A DNA stretch of 33,267 nucleotides from Thermoanaerobaculia bacterium (GTDB lineage Bacteria > Acidobacteriota > Thermoanaerobaculia > Multivoradales > UBA5704): NCBI GenBank assembly GCA_035603475.1, contig DATNKH010000499.1:1-33267 (forward strand), written 5' to 3'. This document shows, one piece after another, positions 25,056-31,958 of this stretch (position 1 is the first letter of the stretch; the number at the start of each line of letters is the position of its first letter). The translations under genes were made by a program, and so were the position numbers. The notes beneath the pieces are model-generated. The model was not told the origin of the DNA, made no database searches, and saw nothing but the letters and a program-made list of their open reading frames with translations.

Positions 25056-25084
25056 CGCCCTGACGCCCTGACGCCCTGACGCCG
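25053..25084 (+). repeat. 8-bp tandem repeat TGACGCCC x4 (last copy TGACGCCG) beginning with the rhodanese stop codon
   Basis: Copies at 25053, 25061, 25069 and 25077. The period is not a multiple of 3, so the TGAs fall in all three frames. Confidence 0.9.
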
Positions 25085-25099
25085 ACGAATGGCGGCCCC

Positions 25100-25570
25100 G
25101 TGACCCTTATGCCGCGGCTTCCCGAGAAGCTGGAAGAGACGCTGGAGCTGCTCGACCTGGTCCCCGACCGGGCCGAGCGCATCCAGCTGCTGATCGACAT
25201 CGCCGACCGCTTCGAGGAGGTGCCGCCGCAGATCGCGCGGCGGCCGTTCTCGCTGGACAACCAGGTGCCCGCCTGCGAGTCGGAGGCGTACGTGTGGGGC
25301 GAGCGGCGGCCGGACGGCACGCTGGACTTCCACTTCGCGGTCGAGAACCCGCAGGGCATCTCGGCCAAGTCGCTGGCCGTGATCCTGGACGAGGGGCTCT
25401 CGGGGGCGCCGCTCGAGCAGGTGGCGGCGGTGCCGCAAGACCTCGTCTACCGGGTCTTCGGCCGCGAGCTGTCGATGGGCAAGTCGATGGGCCTGATGGG
25501 CATGGTCTCGATGGTCGCCTCGATGGCAAAGAGTCTTCGGGGAATCCCCCTCCGACCCGGGCCGCAGTAG
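25100..25570 (+). CDS. sufE: SufE-like cysteine desulfuration / sulfur acceptor protein
   Basis: DRAERIQLLIDIADRF...NQVPACESEAYVWGE (conserved Cys) ...GISAKSLAVIL... Start is either GTG 25100 or ATG 25109. Confidence 0.87.
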   Translation: MTLMPRLPEKLEETLELLDLVPDRAERIQLLIDIADRFEEVPPQIARRPFSLDNQVPACESEAYVWGERRPDGTLDFHFAVENPQGISAKSLAVILDEGLSGAPLEQVAAVPQDLVYRVFGRELSMGKSMGLMGMVSMVASMAKSLRGIPLRPGPQ

Positions 25571-25681
25571 GCGGATCTCCTTGCCACCTCCCTTTGGGCG
25601 AGGGCCTGAACGCAGGCCGGCGGAGGACTTCGCTGGCCTCGCCCAAAGGTCGGCGGCAAGGAGATCCGCCTACCGCGGCCC
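25559..25681. repeat. 123-nt near-perfect inverted repeat (long hairpin) overlapping the sufE stop codon
   Basis: Hand pairing with i+j=51240. 7 bp (25559-25565 with 25675-25681), 1 mismatch, 19 perfect bp (25567-25585 with 25655-25673), a small internal loop, 13 perfect bp (25591-25603 with 25637-25649). The apical region holds a further GGCCTG-aacg-CAGGCC stem. Confidence 0.85.
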
Positions 25682-25759
25682 TGGCTCTCCTCCCCTCCGG
25701 CTGCCAAGCTCTCCGGCCACCCTTCCGGTCATGTACGCCCTCAGCCGCTGTCCCACATG

Positions 25760-25808
25760 ACTTTGTGACACAAAGTACTTGACGGGGGGCGATCCCGGCC
25801 GGTAGAGT
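25760..25808 (+). promoter_or_regulatory. Perfect 8+1+8 palindrome ACTTTGTG-A-CACAAAGT followed by promoter-like TTGACG-18 nt-TAGAGT
   Basis: Palindrome 25760-25776 checked base by base. TTGACG at 25779-25784 and TAGAGT at 25803-25808. GTG 25816 follows 7 nt later. Confidence 0.45.
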
Positions 25809-25815
25809 TGCCGCC

Positions 25816-26448
25816 GTGAACCTGCCGACTCGCGCTCGCACGCCGCTTTCCTCCGTTGCCGGTCCGGCCGAGCCGCCCGCGCTTCACCTGCGGGCGATGG
25901 ACAACCTGCGGTTCATCCGCCAGACGATGGAGGACGCGGTGTATTTCACCGCCGTCTCCGGCGTCGGCGAGATCGCGGTCGGCCTGACGGCGCTGGCGGC
26001 CGCCTGGTTGGCGGCCAGGCAGGCGACGGCGCAGGGGTGGCTGACGGTCTGGCTGGCGGAGGCGTTGGTCGCCGCCGTGGTCACCGGCGGCGCGGTCGTC
26101 TGGAAGGCGCGGCAGGCCCGGCTCAGCCTGGTGTCGCGGCCCGGGCGCCGCTTCGCGCTCGGGCTGGTGCCGCCGCTCGTCGCGGGCGCGCTGCTCAGCG
26201 TGGCGCTGTTCGCCGCCGGCGAGCGCGCGCTGCTGCCCGGCATGTGGCTGCTGCTCTACGGCACGGCGGTGGTCACCGGCGGCGCGTTCTCGGTGCGCAT
26301 CGTGCCGATCATGGGGCTGGGGTTCATGGCGTTGGGCGGCGCCGCGCTGTTCGCTCCGGTCCGCTGGGGCGACGCCTTCCTGGCGGCGGGGTTCGGCGGC
26401 CTGAACCTGCTCTTCGGCCTGTTCATCGCCAGGCGCCACGGCGGTTGA
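25816..26448 (+). CDS. Integral membrane protein of unknown function (5-6 predicted helices), co-oriented with the wHTH regulator
   Basis: 210-aa ORF from GTG 25816 (alternative ATG 25897, MDNLRFIRQTMEDAVYFTAVSG). Strongly hydrophobic helices throughout. Confidence 0.7.
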   Translation: MNLPTRARTPLSSVAGPAEPPALHLRAMDNLRFIRQTMEDAVYFTAVSGVGEIAVGLTALAAAWLAARQATAQGWLTVWLAEALVAAVVTGGAVVWKARQARLSLVSRPGRRFALGLVPPLVAGALLSVALFAAGERALLPGMWLLLYGTAVVTGGAFSVRIVPIMGLGFMALGGAALFAPVRWGDAFLAAGFGGLNLLFGLFIARRHGG

Positions 26449-26477
26449 CTCCAAGGCATTGCCGAGGATGGCAACTC

Positions 26478-26867
26478 ATGGCTAGGATCGCCAAGCACAG
26501 CCAGCTCCCGGGCGACGGGCACCATGGCGCCGTCACTCCGAGCGCGCCTCCCCCGGAAGGCACCACCCGCGCCGCTCTCGAGCTCGACCGCCTGATCCAC
26601 GAGCGCATGCGGCTGGGGATCGTCTCGGCGCTGGCCGTCGACGAGCGGTTGAGCTTCAACGACCTGAAGAGCCTGCTGCGCACCACCGACGGCAATCTCA
26701 GCGTGCACGCGCGCAAGCTCGAAGAGGCCGGTTACATCCAGTGCGACAAGTCGTTCGTCGGCCGCCTGCCGAAGACCGAATACCGCCTGACCGCCGCCGG
26801 CAAGCGGGCGCTCGAGCGTTACCTCGATCACATGGAAGCCATCATCCATGCCACGCGGGACGCCTGA
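26478..26867 (+). CDS. Winged-helix transcriptional regulator (HTH_34 / ArsR-MarR-like)
   Basis: Internal ATG of ORF 26037..26867. LDRLIHERMRLGIVSALAVDERLSFNDLKSLLRTTDGNLSVHARKLEEAGYIQCDKSFVGRLPKTEYRLTAAGKRALERYLDHM. GAGGA lies 9 nt upstream. Confidence 0.8.
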   Translation: MARIAKHSQLPGDGHHGAVTPSAPPPEGTTRAALELDRLIHERMRLGIVSALAVDERLSFNDLKSLLRTTDGNLSVHARKLEEAGYIQCDKSFVGRLPKTEYRLTAAGKRALERYLDHMEAIIHATRDA

Positions 26868-26892
26868 GCACCGCGGGCCAACGATGGCCATG

Positions 26893-26928
26893 CCTGCGAC
26901 ACCGGCGACACCGGCGACGCCTGCGACG
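26893..26928 (+). repeat. 9-bp tandem repeat x4 (cc[t/g]gcgac[a/g]) in the regulator-uppS intergenic region
   Basis: cctgcgaca ccggcgaca ccggcgacg cctgcgacg. It sits inside a 15-codon mini-ORF ATG 26884 .. TAA 26931 that reads MAMPATPATPATPAT. Confidence 0.85.
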
Positions 26929-27012
26929 TAAGTTCTTCATGCAACCAGTTTTCAGCTCGAGGAGGGATGGGCGCATGGCCCACGAGAGACGGATCGGGAT
27001 CGGGAGCCCGGT

Positions 27013-27867
27013 GTGGGCGGCGGCGGGAGGCAGGCGTTGAGCGGCCTCCATGCCGCCATCATCATGGATGGCAACGGCCGCTGGGCCGTGGCGCGCGGCA
27101 AGTCGCGGACCGCGGGGCACCTGGCGGGAGCCGACGCGGTGCGGCGGACGGTCGAAGGCGCTCCGGGTCACGGCATCGACATCCTGACCCTGTACGCGTT
27201 CTCCTCGGACAACTGGCGGCGGCCGCCGGAGGAGGTGGGCGCCCTGATGCGGCTGCTGCGCCGCTACCTGATGGCGGAGACCGGGCGCTGCGTCGAGAAC
27301 GGCGTGCGCATCCAGGTGATCGGCAGGCGCGACCGCCTCGCCTCCTCGCTGGTGCGGGAGATCGAATCGGCCGAGCGGGCGACCTCGCGGGGCCAGAAGC
27401 TCTGGCTGCGGATCGCCATCGACTACTCGGCGCGGGACGCCATCCTGCGCGCCGCCTGGCGCCTGAGCGCCGGCCAGCTGCCCCCGGGCGCCCCGATCTC
27501 GCGCGAGGAGTTCTCGCGCCTCGTCGCCGAGTGCCCGGAGCAGCGCGCCCACGACGTCGACCTGCTGATCCGTACCGGCGGCGAGAAGCGCCTCTCGGAC
27601 TTCCTGCTGTGGGAGTGCGCCTACGCCGAGCTCATCTTCACCGAGCGCATGTGGCCCGACTTCGGCGCCGCCGACCTCGAGGACGCGGTGCTCGAGTTCC
27701 GGCACCGGGAGCGGCGCTTCGGCACCGTCCCGGCCGCCGCCGCGGCGCGGTCGGCCGCGGCAAGCTCGGCGGCCCCGGCAACCCCGGCGACCATTGCGAT
27801 CACCGGGGTGCGGGACGGCGGCCGAGCCCATCCCGACGCCGAGATCGCCGCCCTGGCGATGCCATAG
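27013..27867 (+). CDS. uppS: Isoprenyl transferase (undecaprenyl-diphosphate synthase family)
   Basis: [61 protein letters not shown] 27013 has GGGAG 6 nt upstream. About 45 aa Ala-rich C-terminal tail. Confidence 0.9.
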   Translation: MGGGGRQALSGLHAAIIMDGNGRWAVARGKSRTAGHLAGADAVRRTVEGAPGHGIDILTLYAFSSDNWRRPPEEVGALMRLLRRYLMAETGRCVENGVRIQVIGRRDRLASSLVREIESAERATSRGQKLWLRIAIDYSARDAILRAAWRLSAGQLPPGAPISREEFSRLVAECPEQRAHDVDLLIRTGGEKRLSDFLLWECAYAELIFTERMWPDFGAADLEDAVLEFRHRERRFGTVPAAAAARSAAASSAAPATPATIAITGVRDGGRAHPDAEIAALAMP

Positions 27868-27898
27868 TGCCCAGGCGGCGGCGGCGAGCTGCCGATCT

Positions 27899-29866
27899 CT
27901 AGATCCCGCGGGCCATCAGCTCGGCGACGGCACGGTTGAAGCGGGCCGAGTCGGGCAGCTCGGACCCTTCGGCCAGCAGGCCGTAGCCCAGCAGCAGCTC
28001 GGCGTACTCGGCGATCAGCGGATCCGCGGCGTCGCGGTCGAAGTGCTCCTTGAGGCCGGCCAGGATGCGGTGGCCGGGGTTGAGCTCCATGATGCGGCGC
28101 TGCTTGGGGCCGCCGCCCTTGCCCTTCTGCAGCAGCTTCTCGAGCTGCGGGCTGTAGTCGTGCTCGGCGCCCACCAGGCAGACCGGCGAGGCGGTGAGGC
28201 GGCTCGTCAGGCGCACCTGCTTGACGTGCTCGTCGAGCTTCTTCTGCAGCAGCTCGAGCAGCGGCTTGAGCTCCTCCTCCCTGGCCTTGAGGTCCTCCTC
28301 GGCATGCTTCTTCTCCTCGTCGCTGCCGAGCGAGACCGTGCCCTTGCCCACCGACTTCAGCCGCTTGCCCGCGTACTCGTTCAGCGACTGAGTGAGCAGC
28401 TCGTCGACCGTGTCGACCAGGTACAGCACCTCGTAGCCCTTCTCCTTGATCGCCTCGAGGTGGGGCGAGTTCTCGACCTGCGAGCGCGACTCGCCGGTGA
28501 GATAGAAGATCTCGTTCTGCCCTTCCTGCATCCGCGCCACGTAGTCCTTCAGCGAGGCGAGCTTCTCGGGATCGTGCGACGACTCGAAGATCAGCAGCTC
28601 GAGCAGGCGGTCCTTGTTCTCGTAGTCGGTGCTGACGCCTTCCTTGATGGCGCGGCCGAACTCCTTCCAGAACTTGAGGTAGGTCTCGCCCTCCGACTCG
28701 CGCATCTCGTCCAGCGTGTCGAGCACCTTCTTGGTCAGCCCCTTGCGCATGGTCGTGATGTGGCGGTCCTGCTGCAGCATCTCGCGCGAGACGTTGAGCG
28801 AGAGGTCGGGAGAATCGACGACGCCGCGCACGAAACGCAGGTACTGCGGGAGCAGGTCCTCGCATTTTTCGAGGATCTGGATGCGCTTGACGTACAGCTG
28901 AAGGCCGGGCTTCGAGGCGACGTAATACAGGTCGTAAGGCGCCTGCGCCGGCACGAACAGCAGCGCCTGGTACTCGATGCGGCCCTCCGCCTTGAAGGAG
29001 ATCACTCTCAGCGACTCGGTCCAGTCGTGCGCGATGTGGCGGTAGAACTCGTTGTACTCCTCGGCGGTGACCTCCGACTGCGGCCGCGTCCAGATCGGCT
29101 TCATCGAGTTGAGGATCTTCTCCTCGAGGGGCATCTTCGGCTTCTCGCCGGTCTCCTTCTCCTTCGCCAGGTCCTCGATCTCGGGGTCCTTCTCGGCGGT
29201 GAGGATGATCGGGTAGGAGACGAAGTCCGAGTAGCGGCGGACGATGCGGCTGATCACCCAGCGGTCGCTCCAGTCCTCGACGCCGTTGTCGCGGTCCTCG
29301 GGCTTGAGGTGAAGGGTGATCGAGGTGCCGCGCCCGGGCAGGTGCTCGGCATCGACCTCCGAGATCTGGTACGTGCCGTCGCCGGTCGACTCCCAGCGGG
29401 TCGCGGCGGACTCGCCGGCGCGGCGGCTCACCAGCTCGACGCGCTGGGCGGCCATGAACGAGGAGTAGAAGCCGACGCCGAACTGGCCGATCATCTCGGC
29501 GATCGCCTGCTTCGACTCGCCCTGCCGGAGACGCTCGACCAGCTCGCGGGTGCCCGACTTGGCGATGGTGCCGATGTTGGCGACCACCTCCTCCCGGTTC
29601 ATGCCGATGCCGTTGTCGCGCACGGTCAGGGTGCGGTGCTCGCGGTCGGCCTCGATCCGGATCTCGAGCTTCTCGTCGCCCGCCATCAGCTCCGGCTGGG
29701 TGACCACCTCGAAGCGCAGGCGGTCCAGAGCGTCGGAGGCGTTCGAGATCAGCTCGCGCAGGAAGATCTCCTTGTTCGAGTACAGCGAGTGGATCATGAT
29801 GTCCAGCAGCTGCTTGGTCTCGGCCTGGAAGGGCAGAGTCTCGGTCGGGGCCGTGGTGGCGGTCAT
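27899..29866 (-). CDS. htpG: Molecular chaperone HtpG (Hsp90)
   Basis: 655 aa. FQAETKQLLDIMIHSLYSNKEIFLRELISNASDALDRLRF, DNGIGM, IGQFGVGFYS. Full-length colinear Hsp90 pattern. Confidence 0.97.
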   Translation of the reverse strand: MTATTAPTETLPFQAETKQLLDIMIHSLYSNKEIFLRELISNASDALDRLRFEVVTQPELMAGDEKLEIRIEADREHRTLTVRDNGIGMNREEVVANIGTIAKSGTRELVERLRQGESKQAIAEMIGQFGVGFYSSFMAAQRVELVSRRAGESAATRWESTGDGTYQISEVDAEHLPGRGTSITLHLKPEDRDNGVEDWSDRWVISRIVRRYSDFVSYPIILTAEKDPEIEDLAKEKETGEKPKMPLEEKILNSMKPIWTRPQSEVTAEEYNEFYRHIAHDWTESLRVISFKAEGRIEYQALLFVPAQAPYDLYYVASKPGLQLYVKRIQILEKCEDLLPQYLRFVRGVVDSPDLSLNVSREMLQQDRHITTMRKGLTKKVLDTLDEMRESEGETYLKFWKEFGRAIKEGVSTDYENKDRLLELLIFESSHDPEKLASLKDYVARMQEGQNEIFYLTGESRSQVENSPHLEAIKEKGYEVLYLVDTVDELLTQSLNEYAGKRLKSVGKGTVSLGSDEEKKHAEEDLKAREEELKPLLELLQKKLDEHVKQVRLTSRLTASPVCLVGAEHDYSPQLEKLLQKGKGGGPKQRRIMELNPGHRILAGLKEHFDRDAADPLIAEYAELLLGYGLLAEGSELPDSARFNRAVAELMARGI

Positions 29867-29994
29867 GGGCGTCTCCTCTTCGCTCCTGCTGCTTCCTGGG
29901 TCTCTGGTCGATGGACCGGGGAACCCGCCCGAGCAGCGAAAACTTCCCGGCAGCGGCCTCGCGCACGAGATCGCCGCGGCCGTCCGCCAGTCTT

Positions 29995-30337
29995 CGTGGA
30001 ATTAGATAGTCGTCGACGGCACGCAGATTTTCAAGCGCCTTCACTCTTCGCATCTGCTGTATGTCCGCTCAACCCTGCATCCCGGGACAGCTCGAAGCCG
30101 CCGGGAGCGGGCGCGAGCGCCTTTCGCCGCCCTGCCCCGTCTTGGTCGGGCTCCGCCGCGGCCGTCCTCCTACGCGAGCTTGCCTGGTACCGCCTGGGAG
30201 GCGAGGTTTCGGACCGGCAATGGCAGGACGTCCTTGGCATCGTCCGCACGCGGGCCGGCCGCCTCGACCGCAGCTACCTCCGCACCTGGGCCACCATCTT
30301 GGGGATCGCCGACCTTCTCAAGCGCGCGCTGGCCTGA
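29995..30337 (+). pseudogene. Probable remnant: only the C-terminal ~55 aa of a small conserved hypothetical (nucleotidyltransferase-like) family is recognisable
   Basis: The tail of the spurious 847-aa antisense ORF reads LLRELAWYRLGGEVSDRQWQDVLGIVRTRAGRLDRSYLRTWATILGIADLLKRALA*. I recognise this pattern (KLEWYRLGGE-S-RQW-DV-G...LD--YL--WA--LG) as the C-terminus of a widespread ~180-200-aa family. The upstream part is degenerate. GTG 29995 is the only nearby in-frame start. Confidence 0.4.
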
Positions 30338-30398
30338 GCCAGCACGGTCAGAGGCACCGAGGACCCTCCCGGGCGAGCGAAACCTTACTCGCTAACGC

Positions 30399-31580
30399 TT
30401 ACCGGGCTGGCGGTCGCAGCACCGCGTCCGGAACCGGCTCCCACCTGGCGTCTTCCAGCTGCTGCCAGCTGACGCGCCAGATCGGTTCTCCCAGCCCGCG
30501 CTCCCCGATGTAGAGACCGTCGTGGCCGGCCGCCAGGGCAATGCGGCCGGGCCCCGGCTCGAGCGCGGCGAGCCGCAGCCGAACGAGCGTCTCGCCGTCC
30601 CAGCGGTCGAGGGCCAGGCCCTCCGGTGCGTCCACGACGAGGTACACGCGGCGATCCTGGCTGGTGAAACCGCGGATGACCGGGACCGCGCGCGCCTTGC
30701 CGAGCATGGTGCGATTGAGCTGCATGCCAACCTGCTGCGCGCCCGCACGCTGCGCCCGCTTTTCGAGGGCTTGCCATTCCTCCTCGGACCGCTCCTTCCA
30801 CTGGACGGTGCCGCCACCCACGGCCACAGAGTCCTCCTCGACACCCAGGCTCGAGTAGTGGGTGAGGAGGTACGCATTCTGCTTCGCGACCCACACCGCA
30901 TCCTTACGATCCGGTGCCAGCCTCGTATCGCGTTCCCCCTTGAGGTCCACCAGCGACATCACCACTTCCGGTGGCCGCTCATTGCGCTTGTCCTTCGGTG
31001 TGACGGGTTTCTGTGTAGCCAGGGTCTGCCATGTCTGGTCATGCAGTTGCAGAATAAAGGGAGGAACACCTTGCTTGACGTGCGATCCAGATGCCGCTCC
31101 CACTGCCGAAACCGGCAACACCGCGATCATCGGTCCGTCGCCGGTATAGGCCAGCGCCGAGACCAACCAGCCGGCCGCCGGCAGCTCGTGGTGGTCATCG
31201 CCATGGAGGATGCTGAGATGATCAGGCGGGCTGAGAAGCAACCAAGAGCTCCCATCCGGGCTGACGACCGCCTCGATCACCGGCTGCGCAGCGGCCGCAG
31301 CCGCCTCGCCATCATGGGAGGCACGCTGGACGACGACCTTTCCGGAGGGCAGGATCTGGTCCACCTCGAGATTGTCGCCGTGCAGGAGAAAAACCCTCCC
31401 CTTGGCGTCTGCTTGGAGGAATTGAGGCGTGCGCGAGTTCTCGTGTGCCGGGTCGCCTGCGACGCGCTCGGGCGTGAGGCGGGCGTACGGCGCATTTCCC
31501 GCCGCGCGCCCACGGATCGCTAGCGCCACCAGCAGCAGAAGGGATGTGGTCGCGGCCCTGCTGAACCCTTGTTGACGCAA
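30399..31580 (-). CDS. Secreted hypothetical protein (393 aa), translationally coupled to the upstream Cys-rich peptide gene
   Basis: TTG 31580 is preceded by AGGAGGG (overlapping the peptide stop TAG) with a 7-nt spacer. Signal peptide MRQQGFSRAATTSLLLLVALAIRGRAAG. Protein-like, non-repetitive composition. No family recognised. Confidence 0.7.
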   Translation of the reverse strand: MRQQGFSRAATTSLLLLVALAIRGRAAGNAPYARLTPERVAGDPAHENSRTPQFLQADAKGRVFLLHGDNLEVDQILPSGKVVVQRASHDGEAAAAAAQPVIEAVVSPDGSSWLLLSPPDHLSILHGDDHHELPAAGWLVSALAYTGDGPMIAVLPVSAVGAASGSHVKQGVPPFILQLHDQTWQTLATQKPVTPKDKRNERPPEVVMSLVDLKGERDTRLAPDRKDAVWVAKQNAYLLTHYSSLGVEEDSVAVGGGTVQWKERSEEEWQALEKRAQRAGAQQVGMQLNRTMLGKARAVPVIRGFTSQDRRVYLVVDAPEGLALDRWDGETLVRLRLAALEPGPGRIALAAGHDGLYIGERGLGEPIWRVSWQQLEDARWEPVPDAVLRPPAR

Positions 31581-31592
31581 GGCAGAGCCCTC

Positions 31593-31835
31593 CTATGGGA
31601 ACTTGTCCCAGCAATCAGGTTCGCCCCAGACCTCCGAGTAGATTTCGCCGGTTACCGTATCGAAGCAGTATGCGCAGTGCTGTGACCAGCACGTGTAGGC
31701 GTCGCACGAACGAACGTCGTAGCTCCGGCATTGGATCGCTGCCTCCGCAGGCGGGGCCCAGAGGCCCACCCATCCAGCGAGAGTTGCGACTGCGACAAGC
31801 ACCCGACGAATCCTCCGACTCCACCTTGGCTTCAT
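31593..31835 (-). CDS. Small exported cysteine-rich peptide precursor (80 aa; predicted 48-aa mature part with 6 Cys)
   Basis: ATG 31835 is preceded by AAGGAGGG with a 7-nt spacer. Leader MKPRWSRRIRRVLVAVATLAGWVGLWAPPAEA (SRR-containing, AxA cleavage site), then AIQCRSYDVRSCDAYTCWSQHCAYCFDTVTGEIYSEVWGEPDCWDKFP. Confidence 0.65.
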   Translation of the reverse strand: MKPRWSRRIRRVLVAVATLAGWVGLWAPPAEAAIQCRSYDVRSCDAYTCWSQHCAYCFDTVTGEIYSEVWGEPDCWDKFP

Positions 31836-31925
31836 GATCGAGCCCTCCTTGAGCCGTGCCACACCTCGACGGCTCTCGGCTTCACCATCATCCGCCCGTT
31901 TATACTTCTCATGGAAAACTCGCGT

Positions 31926-31943
31926 TATAGTAGCGCTAATATA
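31926..31943. promoter_or_regulatory. Imperfect 18-bp palindrome TATAgTAGCGCTAaTATA in the AT-rich divergent intergenic region
   Basis: Core TAGCGCTA (31931-31938) is perfectly palindromic. The flanking TATA arms pair, with one mismatched pair. It overlaps TAATAT (31937-31942), a -10-like box for the plus-strand gene. Confidence 0.35.
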
Positions 31944-31958
31944 GAGGGAGTGTCAACT

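Noticed and set aside
30002-30035. Sigma32-like heat-shock promoter for htpG (CTTGAAA at 30035-30029, CTATCTAA at 30009-30002 on the minus strand)
   Set aside because: The -35 element matches CTTGAAA well. The spacer to the -10-like element is 16-19 nt depending on alignment, longer than the 13-15 nt of the E. coli consensus, and the -10 match to CCCCATNT is poor. It is suggestive only.
27621-30337. 810-aa minus-strand and 847-aa plus-strand ORFs spanning htpG
   Set aside because: One is an off-frame and the other an antisense reading of htpG, which is unambiguous. Only the last ~55 codons of the plus-strand ORF (30170-30337) look like real former coding sequence, and those are reported separately as a remnant.
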